From contig OZ219815.1 in assembly GCA_964291235.2 (NCBI GenBank), forward strand, positions 1,024,001 to 1,088,000: 64,000 nucleotides of DNA. The letters run 5' to 3'. Positions 53,929-63,975 of this stretch are shown here, piece by piece (the first letter of the stretch is position 1; every line of letters starts with the position of its first letter). Made by a program: the position numbers and the translations under genes. Origin of the DNA: Vicinamibacteria bacterium (GTDB taxonomy: Bacteria; Acidobacteriota; Vicinamibacteria; Marinacidobacterales; Marinacidobacteraceae). The notes beneath the pieces are model-generated. The model did no database searches. It saw only the letters and a list, made by a program, of their open reading frames with translations, and was not told where the DNA came from.

Positions 53929-55599
53929 TCAGCGCTCGAAGACCGTCTCCCCGCCCACCACCGTCATCTCCACCTGAATCTCGTCCGCCGGAACGTCCCG
54001 GGGATCGGCCGACAGCACCACGAAGTCGGCCAGCTTGCCGGGTTCGAGGGTGCCCTTCAGGTCCTCCTCGAAGTTGAGATAGGCAACGTTGTGGGTGAGG
54101 AGCCGGAGGCCCTCCTCCACGCTCACCCGCTGGTCCTCGCCGAACACCCCGCCGCTGATGGTCTCCCGGGTGACGAAGTGATGCAGAACCCATAGCGGCG
54201 GGTAGGGGACTACCGGCGCATCGGTCCCCGCCGAGACCATGACCCCCGCGTCGAGATAGGCCCGCATCGGCGTCGTCCAGTCCGCGCGGTCCCGGCCCCA
54301 GTACTTCTCGAGGCTGGGACCGGCGAGGTACAGGTGATGCTGCCCGGCGACGAGCAGCCCCAGCCGGTTCATGGTCGGGAAATGGTCCTCCCGGGGAATG
54401 AACCCGTGCTCGATCGCCCAGCGCTTGCCCGCGAGCGGCACGACCTCGTTGGCCTTCTCGTAGCCCTCGAGCACCTGGTCGATCGCCAGATCGCCGACCG
54501 CGTGGGTGGCGGCCCGCCAACCCCGCTCGGCCAGACGCATCACGACCTCGTTGTAGGCGTCCTGCGGCATCGTGCGCAGCCCGTGGAAGGTCCCGCCCTG
54601 GCCCCACGGCTCCTCGTAGGGATCGCGCATCAGGCCCCCTTCGAAGCCCCCGTCCACTCCGAGCTTGATCCCCCCGAGGCGGAGCCGGTCGTCGCCCGCC
54701 TGCGGTTCCAGACCCCACTCCGCCAGCGCCGCGTCCACCTCCTCGGCGCTGCGGGCGCGGAGGCGCATCAGGAAGGTGACCCGCATGGTGAGCAGGCCCC
54801 GCCGCTTCATCTCTTCCAGCAGCCGGAACTGCTCGAGGCCGCTCCCCGGGTGGCGGACGCTGGTGAGCCCGACGGCGTGCAGCGTCCGGTATTGCTCGAC
54901 CTGGTCGCGGATGCGGGTTTCGAGGTCCCGGGGCGCTCGCTCCGGCATGGTGACCAGCCGCTTGGCGGTATCCACGAGTTCTCCGTTGAGTTCGCCGTCG
55001 GGGTAGCGGGTGATCCGGCCGCCGTCCGGAACCGGGGTGTCCGTGGTGATGCCCCACTTCTCGAGGGCCTGCGAGTTCAGGATGTATTCGTGCCCGCCCC
55101 GGACCACGACCACCGGGTTCCCCGGCGCCGCCCCGTCGAGGTCCCGCCGCAACGGGAGGCGCTGCTCCTGGAGCTGGCCCTCGTGCCAGTCCGAATTCGT
55201 GACCACCAGTTCCCCCGGGCCGGAGACCTCGGCGCGCTCGGTGATCGCCCCGAGCAGTTCCTTCATGGTGCGGACCCGGGAGAGATCCACCCCGTCGCCG
55301 CCGCCGGCACCGTGAAGATGGTTGTCGGCCAGGCCCGGGACGACCGTTTTGCCTGCTATTTCCAGGACTTGGGTATCGGAACCGACGTATTCCCGGATGT
55401 CCGCATCGGACCCCACCGCCTGGATCCGGCCGTCCCGGACGGCGAGCGCCTCGGCGACGCTGAAATCCGCGTCCACCGTCAGGACGGCGCCGCCGACCAC
55501 CACCAGATCGGCCGGCTCCGCGGGTCCCGACGAACACGACCACCCGGCCGCGGCCAACAGGCCGAAAAGGGAAGCGTGATGGGCGAGCGTGAGCCTCAT
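53929..55599 (-). CDS. Amidohydrolase 3 family (YtcJ-like) protein
   Basis: GKTVVPGLADNHLH, IKLGVDG, THAVGDLA, IEHG, GTDAPV and GTLEPGKLADFVVL motifs. Confidence 0.92.
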   Translation of the reverse strand: MRLTLAHHASLFGLLAAAGWSCSSGPAEPADLVVVGGAVLTVDADFSVAEALAVRDGRIQAVGSDADIREYVGSDTQVLEIAGKTVVPGLADNHLHGAGGGDGVDLSRVRTMKELLGAITERAEVSGPGELVVTNSDWHEGQLQEQRLPLRRDLDGAAPGNPVVVVRGGHEYILNSQALEKWGITTDTPVPDGGRITRYPDGELNGELVDTAKRLVTMPERAPRDLETRIRDQVEQYRTLHAVGLTSVRHPGSGLEQFRLLEEMKRRGLLTMRVTFLMRLRARSAEEVDAALAEWGLEPQAGDDRLRLGGIKLGVDGGFEGGLMRDPYEEPWGQGGTFHGLRTMPQDAYNEVVMRLAERGWRAATHAVGDLAIDQVLEGYEKANEVVPLAGKRWAIEHGFIPREDHFPTMNRLGLLVAGQHHLYLAGPSLEKYWGRDRADWTTPMRAYLDAGVMVSAGTDAPVVPYPPLWVLHHFVTRETISGGVFGEDQRVSVEEGLRLLTHNVAYLNFEEDLKGTLEPGKLADFVVLSADPRDVPADEIQVEMTVVGGETVFER

Positions 55600-55630
55600 G
55601 GAGCGGTAGTGAACCACGAGTGGAGTTCTC

Positions 55631-55954
55631 CTACTTCGGATCCTGGATGCGGGCGGAGACTTCGATCCCTTCGTACTCGGAAATCGCCCCGATCAGGGCG
55701 GCGAGGTGCACGGCGCGCGGGTTGCCGTTCGGGCCCAGCATGCGCATCAGGCTCTTTTCCGGAATCCCGGTGCGATCCGCCAGACCCGAAAAGCCCAGCG
55801 TGGCATTGACGTAGGTGCGGAGTCCGCTCCGGAACCCATCCAGGTCGCCGGTCAGCAGCGCGTCAAATCCGGACTCCAGCAGCGAGGACCGGAAGGCGGG
55901 ATCCCGGACGGCCCGGGCGCGGACTGCTTTGCGGAAGGTCCGCCGGAGCGGCAT
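55631..55954 (-). CDS. Orphan addiction-module antidote-like HTH regulator
   Basis: RDPAFRSSLL...YVNATLGFSGLADRTGIPEKSLMRMLGPNGNPRA; no toxin ORF upstream. Confidence 0.8.
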   Translation of the reverse strand: MPLRRTFRKAVRARAVRDPAFRSSLLESGFDALLTGDLDGFRSGLRTYVNATLGFSGLADRTGIPEKSLMRMLGPNGNPRAVHLAALIGAISEYEGIEVSARIQDPK

Positions 55955-55958
55955 CCGC

Positions 55959-56017
55959 GAATGGTAACGAATAAGTTACTTCGTGTGATAATTCAGAATG
56001 GTAACAAATACGTTACT
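55959..56017. promoter_or_regulatory. Two direct 22-bp repeats, each containing the palindrome GTAAC-N6-GTTAC (candidate operators)
   Basis: GAATGGTAACGAATAAGTTACT (55959-55980) and GAATGGTAACAAATACGTTACT (55996-56017). Confidence 0.7.
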
Positions 56018-56777
56018 GAATGAGTCGGCCGCCGTCGATGACAAGCGGTAGTCCCGTCACGAAGCTGGATTCGTCGCACGCCAGGAACAGCATCGCCTGC
56101 GCCACGTCGCGCGGCGTCCCGAGGCGCCCGAGTGGCGTCACCTCGAACCACGAGCGCCGCATCGCGTCGGGATCCTCGGTCCGCGCCAGATTGCGCTCGT
56201 TCATCGGGGTGTCGATGACCCCCGGGCACACGGCGTTCACCCGGATGCCGTAGGGCGCCCCCTCGAGCGCGAGTCCCCGGGCGAGCGCCATCATCCCCGC
56301 CTTCGACGCCCCGTAGGCGGAACTGCGGGTGGCCGCGATGAAGTTGCCGACCGAGGAATTCATCACGATCGCGCCCCGGCGGCGTTCCTTCATCCCCGGG
56401 ACGACCCGGCGGCACATCAAAAACGCCGACGTCAGGTTCGTGCGCAGGATCCGGTTCCACTCATCGAGGCTGGTGTCCTCGACCAGCTTCTTCAATTCGA
56501 CGCCGGCGTTGTTCACGAGCACGTCCACCGGGCCGAACCGGCGCTCCGCCGTCCCGATCACCGCCTCGACGCCTTCCTCGGTCGAAACGTCGGCCACCAC
56601 GGCCAGGGCGGACCCGCCCGCATCCCGAATTCCGGACGCGACGGTTTCGACGGCCTCCGCGGCGATGTCGGCCAACACCACCCGAGCGCCTTCCTCGGCG
56701 AAGAGTTCACCGGTGGCGCGGCCGATTCCGGCGGCGGCGCCGGTCACGACGGCGACCCGTCCTTCCAATCGGGTCAT
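56013..56777 (-). CDS. Short-chain dehydrogenase/reductase
   Basis: VTGAAAGIG, LVNNAG, YGASK, VNAVCPG and VIDGG motifs. Confidence 0.95.
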   Translation of the reverse strand: MTRLEGRVAVVTGAAAGIGRATGELFAEEGARVVLADIAAEAVETVASGIRDAGGSALAVVADVSTEEGVEAVIGTAERRFGPVDVLVNNAGVELKKLVEDTSLDEWNRILRTNLTSAFLMCRRVVPGMKERRRGAIVMNSSVGNFIAATRSSAYGASKAGMMALARGLALEGAPYGIRVNAVCPGVIDTPMNERNLARTEDPDAMRRSWFEVTPLGRLGTPRDVAQAMLFLACDESSFVTGLPLVIDGGRLIQ

Positions 56778-56831
56778 CCGCGACCCCCGTGTTCCGACCG
56801 GTTGGGCAACCCCATGCGGCCGATTGTAATG

Positions 56832-59777
56832 ATGCACAATGCGAGGGGGATGGGCCGCTCTCGTGCGTTGGTCGCCGCCGGCGTCCTGGCCGTTACGTTC
56901 GCCGGCCGGGCCTCGGTCGGGCAATCGCTTTCCTCCGTCCACGGCTTCGTCATCGACGCCACCGGGGCCGCCCTGCCCGGGGTGACGGTCCAACTTGCCG
57001 ACCGTGAACGGGGCAACCACCGGACGGCGGCCACCAACCGCCGGGGTTTTTTCGCCCTCCGGGCGGTCCCGAGTGGCGAGTACGACCTCACCGCCTCGCT
57101 CGCCGGGTTTCGCACCGTCCGCCGCGAACACATCCATCTTCACGTCGGGCAGAACCTCGAGCTGGATCTGCGGCTTGGCCTGGCCTCGGTCGAGGAGACC
57201 GTCCTGGTGACCGCCGAAGCGCCGCTCCTCGAAGTCGGCCGGGCCGGCGCCGCCGGCTACGTGGACGAGGAGGAGATCGCGGCGCTGCCGATCTCGGGGC
57301 GCGACTTCGTCCAGTTTGCCCTCCTCCAACCGACGGTCCAGGTGGATCCGGCCCGTGGCCGGCTCTCCTTGAGCGGCCAGCGCGGCGTCAACTCCGGGTT
57401 CACGATCGACGGGGCGGATGCGAAGAGCGCCTTCTTCGGCTTCGGCCGGGGTGGACTCGCCCGCGAGGGCGGGGGCGCCCTGGTGGCGCAGGAGTCGGTC
57501 CAGGAATTCCAGGTGGTGACCAGCGGCTACTCCGTCGAGGCGGGGCGTTCCGGCGGTGGTGGGATGAATGTGGTGACGAAGTCGGGGACGAACGACTTCG
57601 CCGGCTCGGGGTTCGTGTTCCTGCGCGACCACCACCTCGCCGCCCGACTGGCCCGGTCGCCGCTCGACGCGGCGCGCGGGGTACCCGCTTCCGACTCCCG
57701 CTACGACGTCGAGGAGTTCCGCCGGGCCAACTGGGGCGGCGCCTTCGGCGGGCCCCTCCGGCGGGACCGCACCCACTTCTTCCTCTCCTACGACCAGACC
57801 GCGCAGAACCAGCCCTTTCTCCGGGACATCCGGGGCCGCGGTCAGTACGACGCGGTCCGCGCCGCTTTTCCCGAACTGGTCGCGGGTTACCGGCCCAACG
57901 ACGACGGGACCGCCGCTCCCGACCCGGAGTTCGGCCGCACCGCCAGCGGCAGGTTCGTGCGCGAAACCGACAACCTCATCCTCTTCGCCAAGCTGAACCA
58001 CCGGCTGAACGACCGACATTCGGCAACCCTCCGCTACAACGTCACCGACTACGGGCGCGTTTCCGATTTCGTGGGCGAGGAGTCGCGGCGGTTCGTGGAA
58101 AGCCATTCGCTCGTGGGCTCACTCGTCTCCCTGGTCGGAAGCGCGGGAGTGAACGAGTTACGGATCCAGTACGCCTACGACCACTTCGACCGCAGCTCGC
58201 ACCTTCCGAACAGCGCCCTCCAGGCGAGCATCCGGATCTTCTCTCCCGCCGTCGGTTCCTTCGGGAAACCGTGGTGGCTGCCGGTCTTCAACCACGAACG
58301 GAAGTACGAGGTCCGGGACCGATTCTCGCTGCTGCTGGGGAACCACGAGCTGCGCGCGGGCTTCGCGCTCAACCACGACACCCTCAGCGAGTACTTCGTC
58401 GGGAATGCCGACGGCAGCTACGACTTCGACACCCTTGGGGACTTCGTCGCCGGAGAAGCCGCCCGCGCCGTCGTCTTCTTCGGCAGCAAGGCGAAGCCCA
58501 ACTTCCGGGTCGCCCAGCAGATCCTCGGCGTCTATGTCCAGGATTCGTGGAGCCCGGATCCGCGCCTCACCGTGAACCTCGGCGTGCGCTGGGACGGGAC
58601 CTTCAATCCCGACGGCATCGAGCATGTGTTGCCGGAAGGACGAAGCATTCCCGACGACTTCGACAACGTCTCGCTCCGGGGCGGCATCGTCCGCTCGCTC
58701 GGCCGTCACAGCGTCCTGCGCGCCGGCGGCGGGGTCTTCTACGCCCGCACACCCACCCTGCTGTTCTCGACCGCCCACGCCGACACCGGGATATTCCCCC
58801 GCTACGGCAACGCCATCCTGGCGCCGGGCGACACGGGTTTCGTCCCGCTGGGCGACCCGATCGACAACGAGAACCCGCCTGCCGGGTTGATCCCGGCGCT
58901 CAGCCACTTCGACCCGGCCTTCGAGGACCCGCGCACGGTGCGGTTCAACCTGGGCTACGAGCGGGAGGTCGGCCGGGGTCTCGCAGTCTCGCTCGATGCG
59001 CTCGCGGCGCGCGGCAGCGCGCTCCATTCGAACCTGGACGCAAACGTCCCGGCGCCCTCCCGCGACGCCTGGGGCCGCCCGGTGTACTCCGGCGAGCGGA
59101 TGCACCCCGCCTACGGACCCATCCTGGTGCGGACCTCGCGCGGCCGGTCCGACTACGCCGCGCTCATCGCCGCGGTGCGCCGCCGGTTCCGCAGCGGCGT
59201 CCAGTTCCAGGCGCACTACACCTGGTCCCGCGACCGCTCGAACGACGACAACGAGCGTTCCGGAAGCCTGACTCTCACCGACCCCTCCGACCCCGACTAC
59301 GACTGGGGCCCCTCCAGCCGGAGCATTCCTCACCGCTTGGTGGCGAGCGGCGTCTTCGGGCTCCCCTTCGGCGTGCGGGGGAGCGCCATCCTCACCGCGC
59401 AGTCCGGGTCCCCCTTCACCGTGCTCGACCCGCGGGTGGGCTACCACAACCATCCCGGCTTCGCCGTCGGTCCGAGCGGCCCCCAGACCCGCGCGGTCAT
59501 CGGCGGCGGACTCGCGCCGCCGAACGGCGAACGGAGCGACCCCTGGACAAACGTGGACATCCGGCTCACCCGGCGCCTCTCCCTCGGGGCCGCCCACGTC
59601 GAGGCGCTCTTCGAGGTCTTCAACCTCCTGAACGCGGCAGCCTTCCGGGTCGCAGGTCCCGACCAGCAGGAGTTCTTCCTCGACGACGGCGTGACCCCCA
59701 ACCCCGAATTCGGCCTGGCGGGCGCCCGGGTCGGGGCCCCGCGGCAGGCCCAGCTCGGTCTCCGCATCGTTTTCTGA
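56832..59777 (+). CDS. TonB-dependent receptor (carboxypeptidase-regulatory N-domain, Oar-like); start approximate
   Basis: GFVIDATGAALPGVTV, LPISGRDF, ESVQEFQV, NVVTKSGTN and C-terminal RQAQLGLRIVF. Confidence 0.92.
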   Translation: MHNARGMGRSRALVAAGVLAVTFAGRASVGQSLSSVHGFVIDATGAALPGVTVQLADRERGNHRTAATNRRGFFALRAVPSGEYDLTASLAGFRTVRREHIHLHVGQNLELDLRLGLASVEETVLVTAEAPLLEVGRAGAAGYVDEEEIAALPISGRDFVQFALLQPTVQVDPARGRLSLSGQRGVNSGFTIDGADAKSAFFGFGRGGLAREGGGALVAQESVQEFQVVTSGYSVEAGRSGGGGMNVVTKSGTNDFAGSGFVFLRDHHLAARLARSPLDAARGVPASDSRYDVEEFRRANWGGAFGGPLRRDRTHFFLSYDQTAQNQPFLRDIRGRGQYDAVRAAFPELVAGYRPNDDGTAAPDPEFGRTASGRFVRETDNLILFAKLNHRLNDRHSATLRYNVTDYGRVSDFVGEESRRFVESHSLVGSLVSLVGSAGVNELRIQYAYDHFDRSSHLPNSALQASIRIFSPAVGSFGKPWWLPVFNHERKYEVRDRFSLLLGNHELRAGFALNHDTLSEYFVGNADGSYDFDTLGDFVAGEAARAVVFFGSKAKPNFRVAQQILGVYVQDSWSPDPRLTVNLGVRWDGTFNPDGIEHVLPEGRSIPDDFDNVSLRGGIVRSLGRHSVLRAGGGVFYARTPTLLFSTAHADTGIFPRYGNAILAPGDTGFVPLGDPIDNENPPAGLIPALSHFDPAFEDPRTVRFNLGYEREVGRGLAVSLDALAARGSALHSNLDANVPAPSRDAWGRPVYSGERMHPAYGPILVRTSRGRSDYAALIAAVRRRFRSGVQFQAHYTWSRDRSNDDNERSGSLTLTDPSDPDYDWGPSSRSIPHRLVASGVFGLPFGVRGSAILTAQSGSPFTVLDPRVGYHNHPGFAVGPSGPQTRAVIGGGLAPPNGERSDPWTNVDIRLTRRLSLGAAHVEALFEVFNLLNAAAFRVAGPDQQEFFLDDGVTPNPEFGLAGARVGAPRQAQLGLRIVF

Positions 59778-59906
59778 ACGGCCGCCGGCCGGTCTCGCCG
59801 ACGGCCCGCGATTCGCCTTGACTCGCCCTGAATCCGGACCGAGGATACCGGCGCGAGGAGAGCCCCACGGCCCTCTTCACTTTTTTCTGGCGTCCTTTGG
59901 AGAGAA

Positions 59907-62807
59907 ATGATCGTGTCCCCTGCCAAATCCCTGCTTGCTGCCGTCCTGCTGGCCCTGGTCTTCGCGTCCACCGGGTCGGGCCAGTCACTTTCGACGGTGC
60001 AGGGTTTCATCACCGACGAGAGCGGCGCCGCCGTTCCCGACGTGAACGTCGAACTCGTGGACCTGGAGCGGGGTCAGAGCCGCACCGCCGTGACGAACCG
60101 CCAGGGCTTCTTCGCCCTCCGCGCCCTGCCCAGCGGCGAATACGACCTGGTGGCCTCGCTCGCGGGGTTCCAGACGACCCGGCAGGAGCACATTCACATC
60201 CACGTCGGGCAGGTTCTGGAAGTGGACGTTCAGCTCGGTCTTGCCTCGGTGGCCGAGACGGTGGTGGTCACCGCGGATGCGCCGCTTCTTGAAGTCGGCC
60301 GGGGCGGTGCGGCCGGCTACGTGGACGAGGAGGAGATCGCATCCCTGCCGATCTCCGGTCGCGACTTCGTCCAGTTCGCGCTCCTGAAGCCGACCGTGAA
60401 AGTGGAGCCGCAGCGCGGGGGCATCTCCCTCAGCGGGCAGCGCGGGATCAACTCCGGGCTCACGATCGACGGCGCCGACGCCAAGAGCGCCTTTTTCGGC
60501 TACGGCCGAGGCGGCGAGGCGACCGAGAACGGCGGCCTGGTGGTCGCCCAGGAATCCGTGAAGGAGTTCCAGGTGGTCACCAGCGGGTATTCGGCCGAGG
60601 CCGGCCGCTCCGGCGGCGGCTATATCAACGTGGTCACCAAGGCGGGGACGAACGACTTCGCCGGCACCGGGTTCTTCTTCTTCCGGGACCAGCGGATGGT
60701 CTCCCGGCTGTCCCAGTCCCCGCTGGACGCCCACCGCGGAATCGATGCCGGTGACGACCGCTACGAAGTGGACGAGTTCGAGCGCTACAACTGGGGAGCG
60801 TCCTTCGGGGGCCCGATCGTGCGCGACCGCACGCACTTCTTCCTGTCCTACGACCAGACCGCCCGCAGCCAGCCCTTCCTTCGGGACATCCGGGGAGCGG
60901 GTCAGTACGACGCGGTGCTCGCGCGCTATCCCGACCTGGTGGCGGGATTCAGCCCGAACGGGGACGGCACCGCCAGCGGGCAGTTCGTTCGCGAGACCGA
61001 CAACCTGATCCTGTTCGGCAAGCTGAATCACCGGGTGAACGAAGAGCACTCGCTCACCGTCCGCTACAACGTCACCGACTACGCCCGCAAATCGGACTAC
61101 GTAGCCGAGGAATCGCGCAAGCTGCAGCGGACGCACGCGCTGGTCGGTTCGGTGGTTTCGCTGCTCGGAGACACCGGCGTCAACGAGTTTCGGGTCCAGT
61201 ACGCCTACGACGACCTGGATCGGCTGGCGAATCTGCCCGACAGCGCGCTGCAGGCAAACTTCCGGATCTTCGAGCCCTCCTTCGGGTCGTTCGGCAAGCC
61301 GTGGTGGCTTCCGATCTACGTGGACGAGGCGAAGATCGAGATTCAGGAGCGGTTCTCGTTCCTTTCGGGAAACCATGAGATCCGGCTCGGCTTCGACTAC
61401 AGCCGCGACGACCTGACCGAGTACTTCGCCGGCAACGCGGACGGACGCTACGACTTCGACGGGGTTTCGGAGTTCATGAGCGGCGACGCCGCCCGGGCCC
61501 GCATCTTCTTCGGGGACGTGAGCAACCCGAACTTCGACATAACCCAGCAGACCCTCGGGTTCTACCTCCAGGACAACTGGAGTTCCAGCGCCCGGCTCAC
61601 GCTCAACGTCGGGGCCCGCTGGGACGGCACCTTCAACCCCGACGGGATCGAACACGTCCTCGCCGAGGGCACCCGGATCCCGGACGATCTGGACAACGTC
61701 TCACCCCGCGCCGGATTCGTCTATGCGCTCGACGCCGACAGCCTGGTTCGCGGCGGCGCCGGGATCTTCTACGGTCGGACGCCGACGCTGCTCTTCTTCT
61801 CTGCCTACAGCGACACCGGGGTGTTTCCGCGCTACGGGAACGCCGTCGTGTCTCCGGGACAGACCGGGTTCGTGCCGCTGGGCGCCGGCATCGACAACGC
61901 GAATCCGCCGGCCGGCCTGATCCCGGCGCTCAGCTACGTCCATCCGGACTTCGAGGATCCCAGAACCACCCGCTTCAACGTGGGATACGAGCGGGAGGTC
62001 GCGAACGACCTCGCCGCCTCGCTCGACCTCGTCTATGCCCGGGGCGATCTGCTCGCCTCCAACGTGGACGCGAACGCCCCGGCGCCGAGCCGCGACGCCT
62101 TCGGCCGGCCGGTGTACTCGGGGGAGCGCATCAACCCGAACTACGGCAGGATCCTGGTGCGGGAGGCGCTCGCGCGCTCCGACTACGTGGCGGTGACGGC
62201 AGCGCTGCGGCGGCGCTTCCGGGACGGAATCCAGTTCCAGGCGCACTACACCTGGTCGCGGGATCGCTCGAACGACGACAACGAGCGCTCGTCGGGGGGC
62301 CTGACCCTCACCGATCCATCCGACCCCGACTACGACTGGGGTCTCTCCAGCCGGGACATCCCGCACCGAGTCGTGGCGAGCGGCGTCTTCACCCTCCCCT
62401 TCGACATCCTGGCGAGCGGCATCCTGACCGCCCAGTCCGGCTCCCCCTACACCGCACTCGACCCGCGGGTGGGCTTCCACAACCACCCCGACTTCTACGT
62501 CGGCCCCTACGGGCCCCAGACCCGGGCGGTGCTCGGCGGCGAACTCGCCCCAGTGAACGGCGAGCGGAACGACGCGTGGACGAATCTCGACCTCCGGATC
62601 ACCAAGCGCTTCGCCTTCGCCGGCGCCCAGCTCGAGGCGCTCTTCGAGGTGTTCAACGTCATGAACGCCGCGACGTTCCGGGTGTCGGGCTCCGACCAGC
62701 AGGAGCCGGAGTTCGATGACGGCGCGCCCAACCCGGAGTTCGGGCTCGGGGCGGCCCGGGTGGGCACGCAGCGGCAGGCGCAGTTGGGCCTGCGGGTCAT
62801 TTTCTAG
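59907..62807 (+). CDS. TonB-dependent receptor, tandem paralogue of the preceding gene
   Basis: Same motifs, colinear with the previous gene; ends RQAQLGLRVIF. Confidence 0.93.
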   Translation: MIVSPAKSLLAAVLLALVFASTGSGQSLSTVQGFITDESGAAVPDVNVELVDLERGQSRTAVTNRQGFFALRALPSGEYDLVASLAGFQTTRQEHIHIHVGQVLEVDVQLGLASVAETVVVTADAPLLEVGRGGAAGYVDEEEIASLPISGRDFVQFALLKPTVKVEPQRGGISLSGQRGINSGLTIDGADAKSAFFGYGRGGEATENGGLVVAQESVKEFQVVTSGYSAEAGRSGGGYINVVTKAGTNDFAGTGFFFFRDQRMVSRLSQSPLDAHRGIDAGDDRYEVDEFERYNWGASFGGPIVRDRTHFFLSYDQTARSQPFLRDIRGAGQYDAVLARYPDLVAGFSPNGDGTASGQFVRETDNLILFGKLNHRVNEEHSLTVRYNVTDYARKSDYVAEESRKLQRTHALVGSVVSLLGDTGVNEFRVQYAYDDLDRLANLPDSALQANFRIFEPSFGSFGKPWWLPIYVDEAKIEIQERFSFLSGNHEIRLGFDYSRDDLTEYFAGNADGRYDFDGVSEFMSGDAARARIFFGDVSNPNFDITQQTLGFYLQDNWSSSARLTLNVGARWDGTFNPDGIEHVLAEGTRIPDDLDNVSPRAGFVYALDADSLVRGGAGIFYGRTPTLLFFSAYSDTGVFPRYGNAVVSPGQTGFVPLGAGIDNANPPAGLIPALSYVHPDFEDPRTTRFNVGYEREVANDLAASLDLVYARGDLLASNVDANAPAPSRDAFGRPVYSGERINPNYGRILVREALARSDYVAVTAALRRRFRDGIQFQAHYTWSRDRSNDDNERSSGGLTLTDPSDPDYDWGLSSRDIPHRVVASGVFTLPFDILASGILTAQSGSPYTALDPRVGFHNHPDFYVGPYGPQTRAVLGGELAPVNGERNDAWTNLDLRITKRFAFAGAQLEALFEVFNVMNAATFRVSGSDQQEPEFDDGAPNPEFGLGAARVGTQRQAQLGLRVIF

Positions 62808-63267
62808 CAGCGGTCTTCCCTCCGCCCGTAGGGCCGCCGGGCGCCGGTGACGGGACCGTCGGAACCCGCGAGACCCGGCGCCATTTGGTTCCGCGGCGCA
62901 TACCGCCAGGGACCTTGCGCTCGTGTGTACCGCACGCTAAACCTACGGATGACAACACAAGGAATAAAGACATTGCTTATTGAGGTTAGGGCTCCACGGT
63001 GGATGCTCCGTGACGGCGCGACGAACGACGTAGAGATGGTTCGTCGGGTGATTGCACGGAGGCATCAAACGGCGGCGCCGTTGCACTAAGAACGCGGACA
63101 ACGCACTCGTTCGTTCCAGGAACGCTCCTCTCGCTTCGAGAGCGGAGTGTCGGTCTTCGGTGCACCGCGGGCTGTGGTCGCAGCCCTGGCACACATGTGC
63201 GGTGAGGGATACCTGCATTCAGTCAACAAGAAGATTTCATGTGACCCAAAAGGAGAAAAGGGAAAGT

Positions 63268-63975
63268 ATGAGAAGAAAACAAATCGCGTGCGTCATCTAC
63301 GCAGTCATCGCGATCGGTATCGGCACGATGGTTGCCTGTAACGACGACGCGGCGGCACCCACGGTGCCGGTTCGCGAGACTCCGGGAGCGGGCATTCTCC
63401 CGGAGATGAGACAGCCGACCTCCCACCCCGACGGTGAAGCCCAGGGAGTGGAAGTTCAGCACAGTGCCGCCCATGCAGCGCAAATCCCGCAGGGTGAAGC
63501 GTATGGACCGGAAGTCCAGCACCACGACAGTCACCGCGTATGGCTCGAATGGGCGACCCCGGGAAGCACGCCGCACCTGTGCGAAGGCGACTCCGTTCCG
63601 GCCGCGGTGCTGAAGCGCGACGATGCGCAAGGAAATATCTACGCAATGGTCTACGTGTCGGATCCGGACCACGAGGGCGCTGCGGCCCACGCGGAAACGC
63701 GACACGTCGGGGAACACCTCCCGAGCGGAGAAGACATCGACTTCGCGGCGGGCGAGGTGAGCGTTCCGCTCTCGTACCTGGGGACGATCCACGACTGCGT
63801 GGGATGCGCCGACGTAAGGGACGTCACCGTAGGGATCGCAAGCGTTCACGACCGCGACGACGGACATAGCCATGCCGAGACCTATGGGATCGGGCCAGTG
63901 CTGACGCTCGCGGTCCACAAGAGCACTCACGCAGCGTGCCAGGAGCTGACAACGGCGCGTGTCCGCGGGAACTGA
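63268..63975 (+). CDS. Hypothetical His-rich lipoprotein, possibly with a divergent Calx-beta/Ig-like domain
   Basis: MRRK...MVAC lipobox, purine-rich RBS region, and a CEGDS...DFAAGEVSV..IHD...VTV pattern. Confidence 0.6.
   Translation: MRRKQIACVIYAVIAIGIGTMVACNDDAAAPTVPVRETPGAGILPEMRQPTSHPDGEAQGVEVQHSAAHAAQIPQGEAYGPEVQHHDSHRVWLEWATPGSTPHLCEGDSVPAAVLKRDDAQGNIYAMVYVSDPDHEGAAAHAETRHVGEHLPSGEDIDFAAGEVSVPLSYLGTIHDCVGCADVRDVTVGIASVHDRDDGHSHAETYGIGPVLTLAVHKSTHAACQELTTARVRGN

Noticed and set aside
59778-59906. Cobalamin or TPP riboswitch before the second TonB-dependent receptor
   Set aside because: The spacer is short and lacks the conserved B12-box or TPP consensus sequences.
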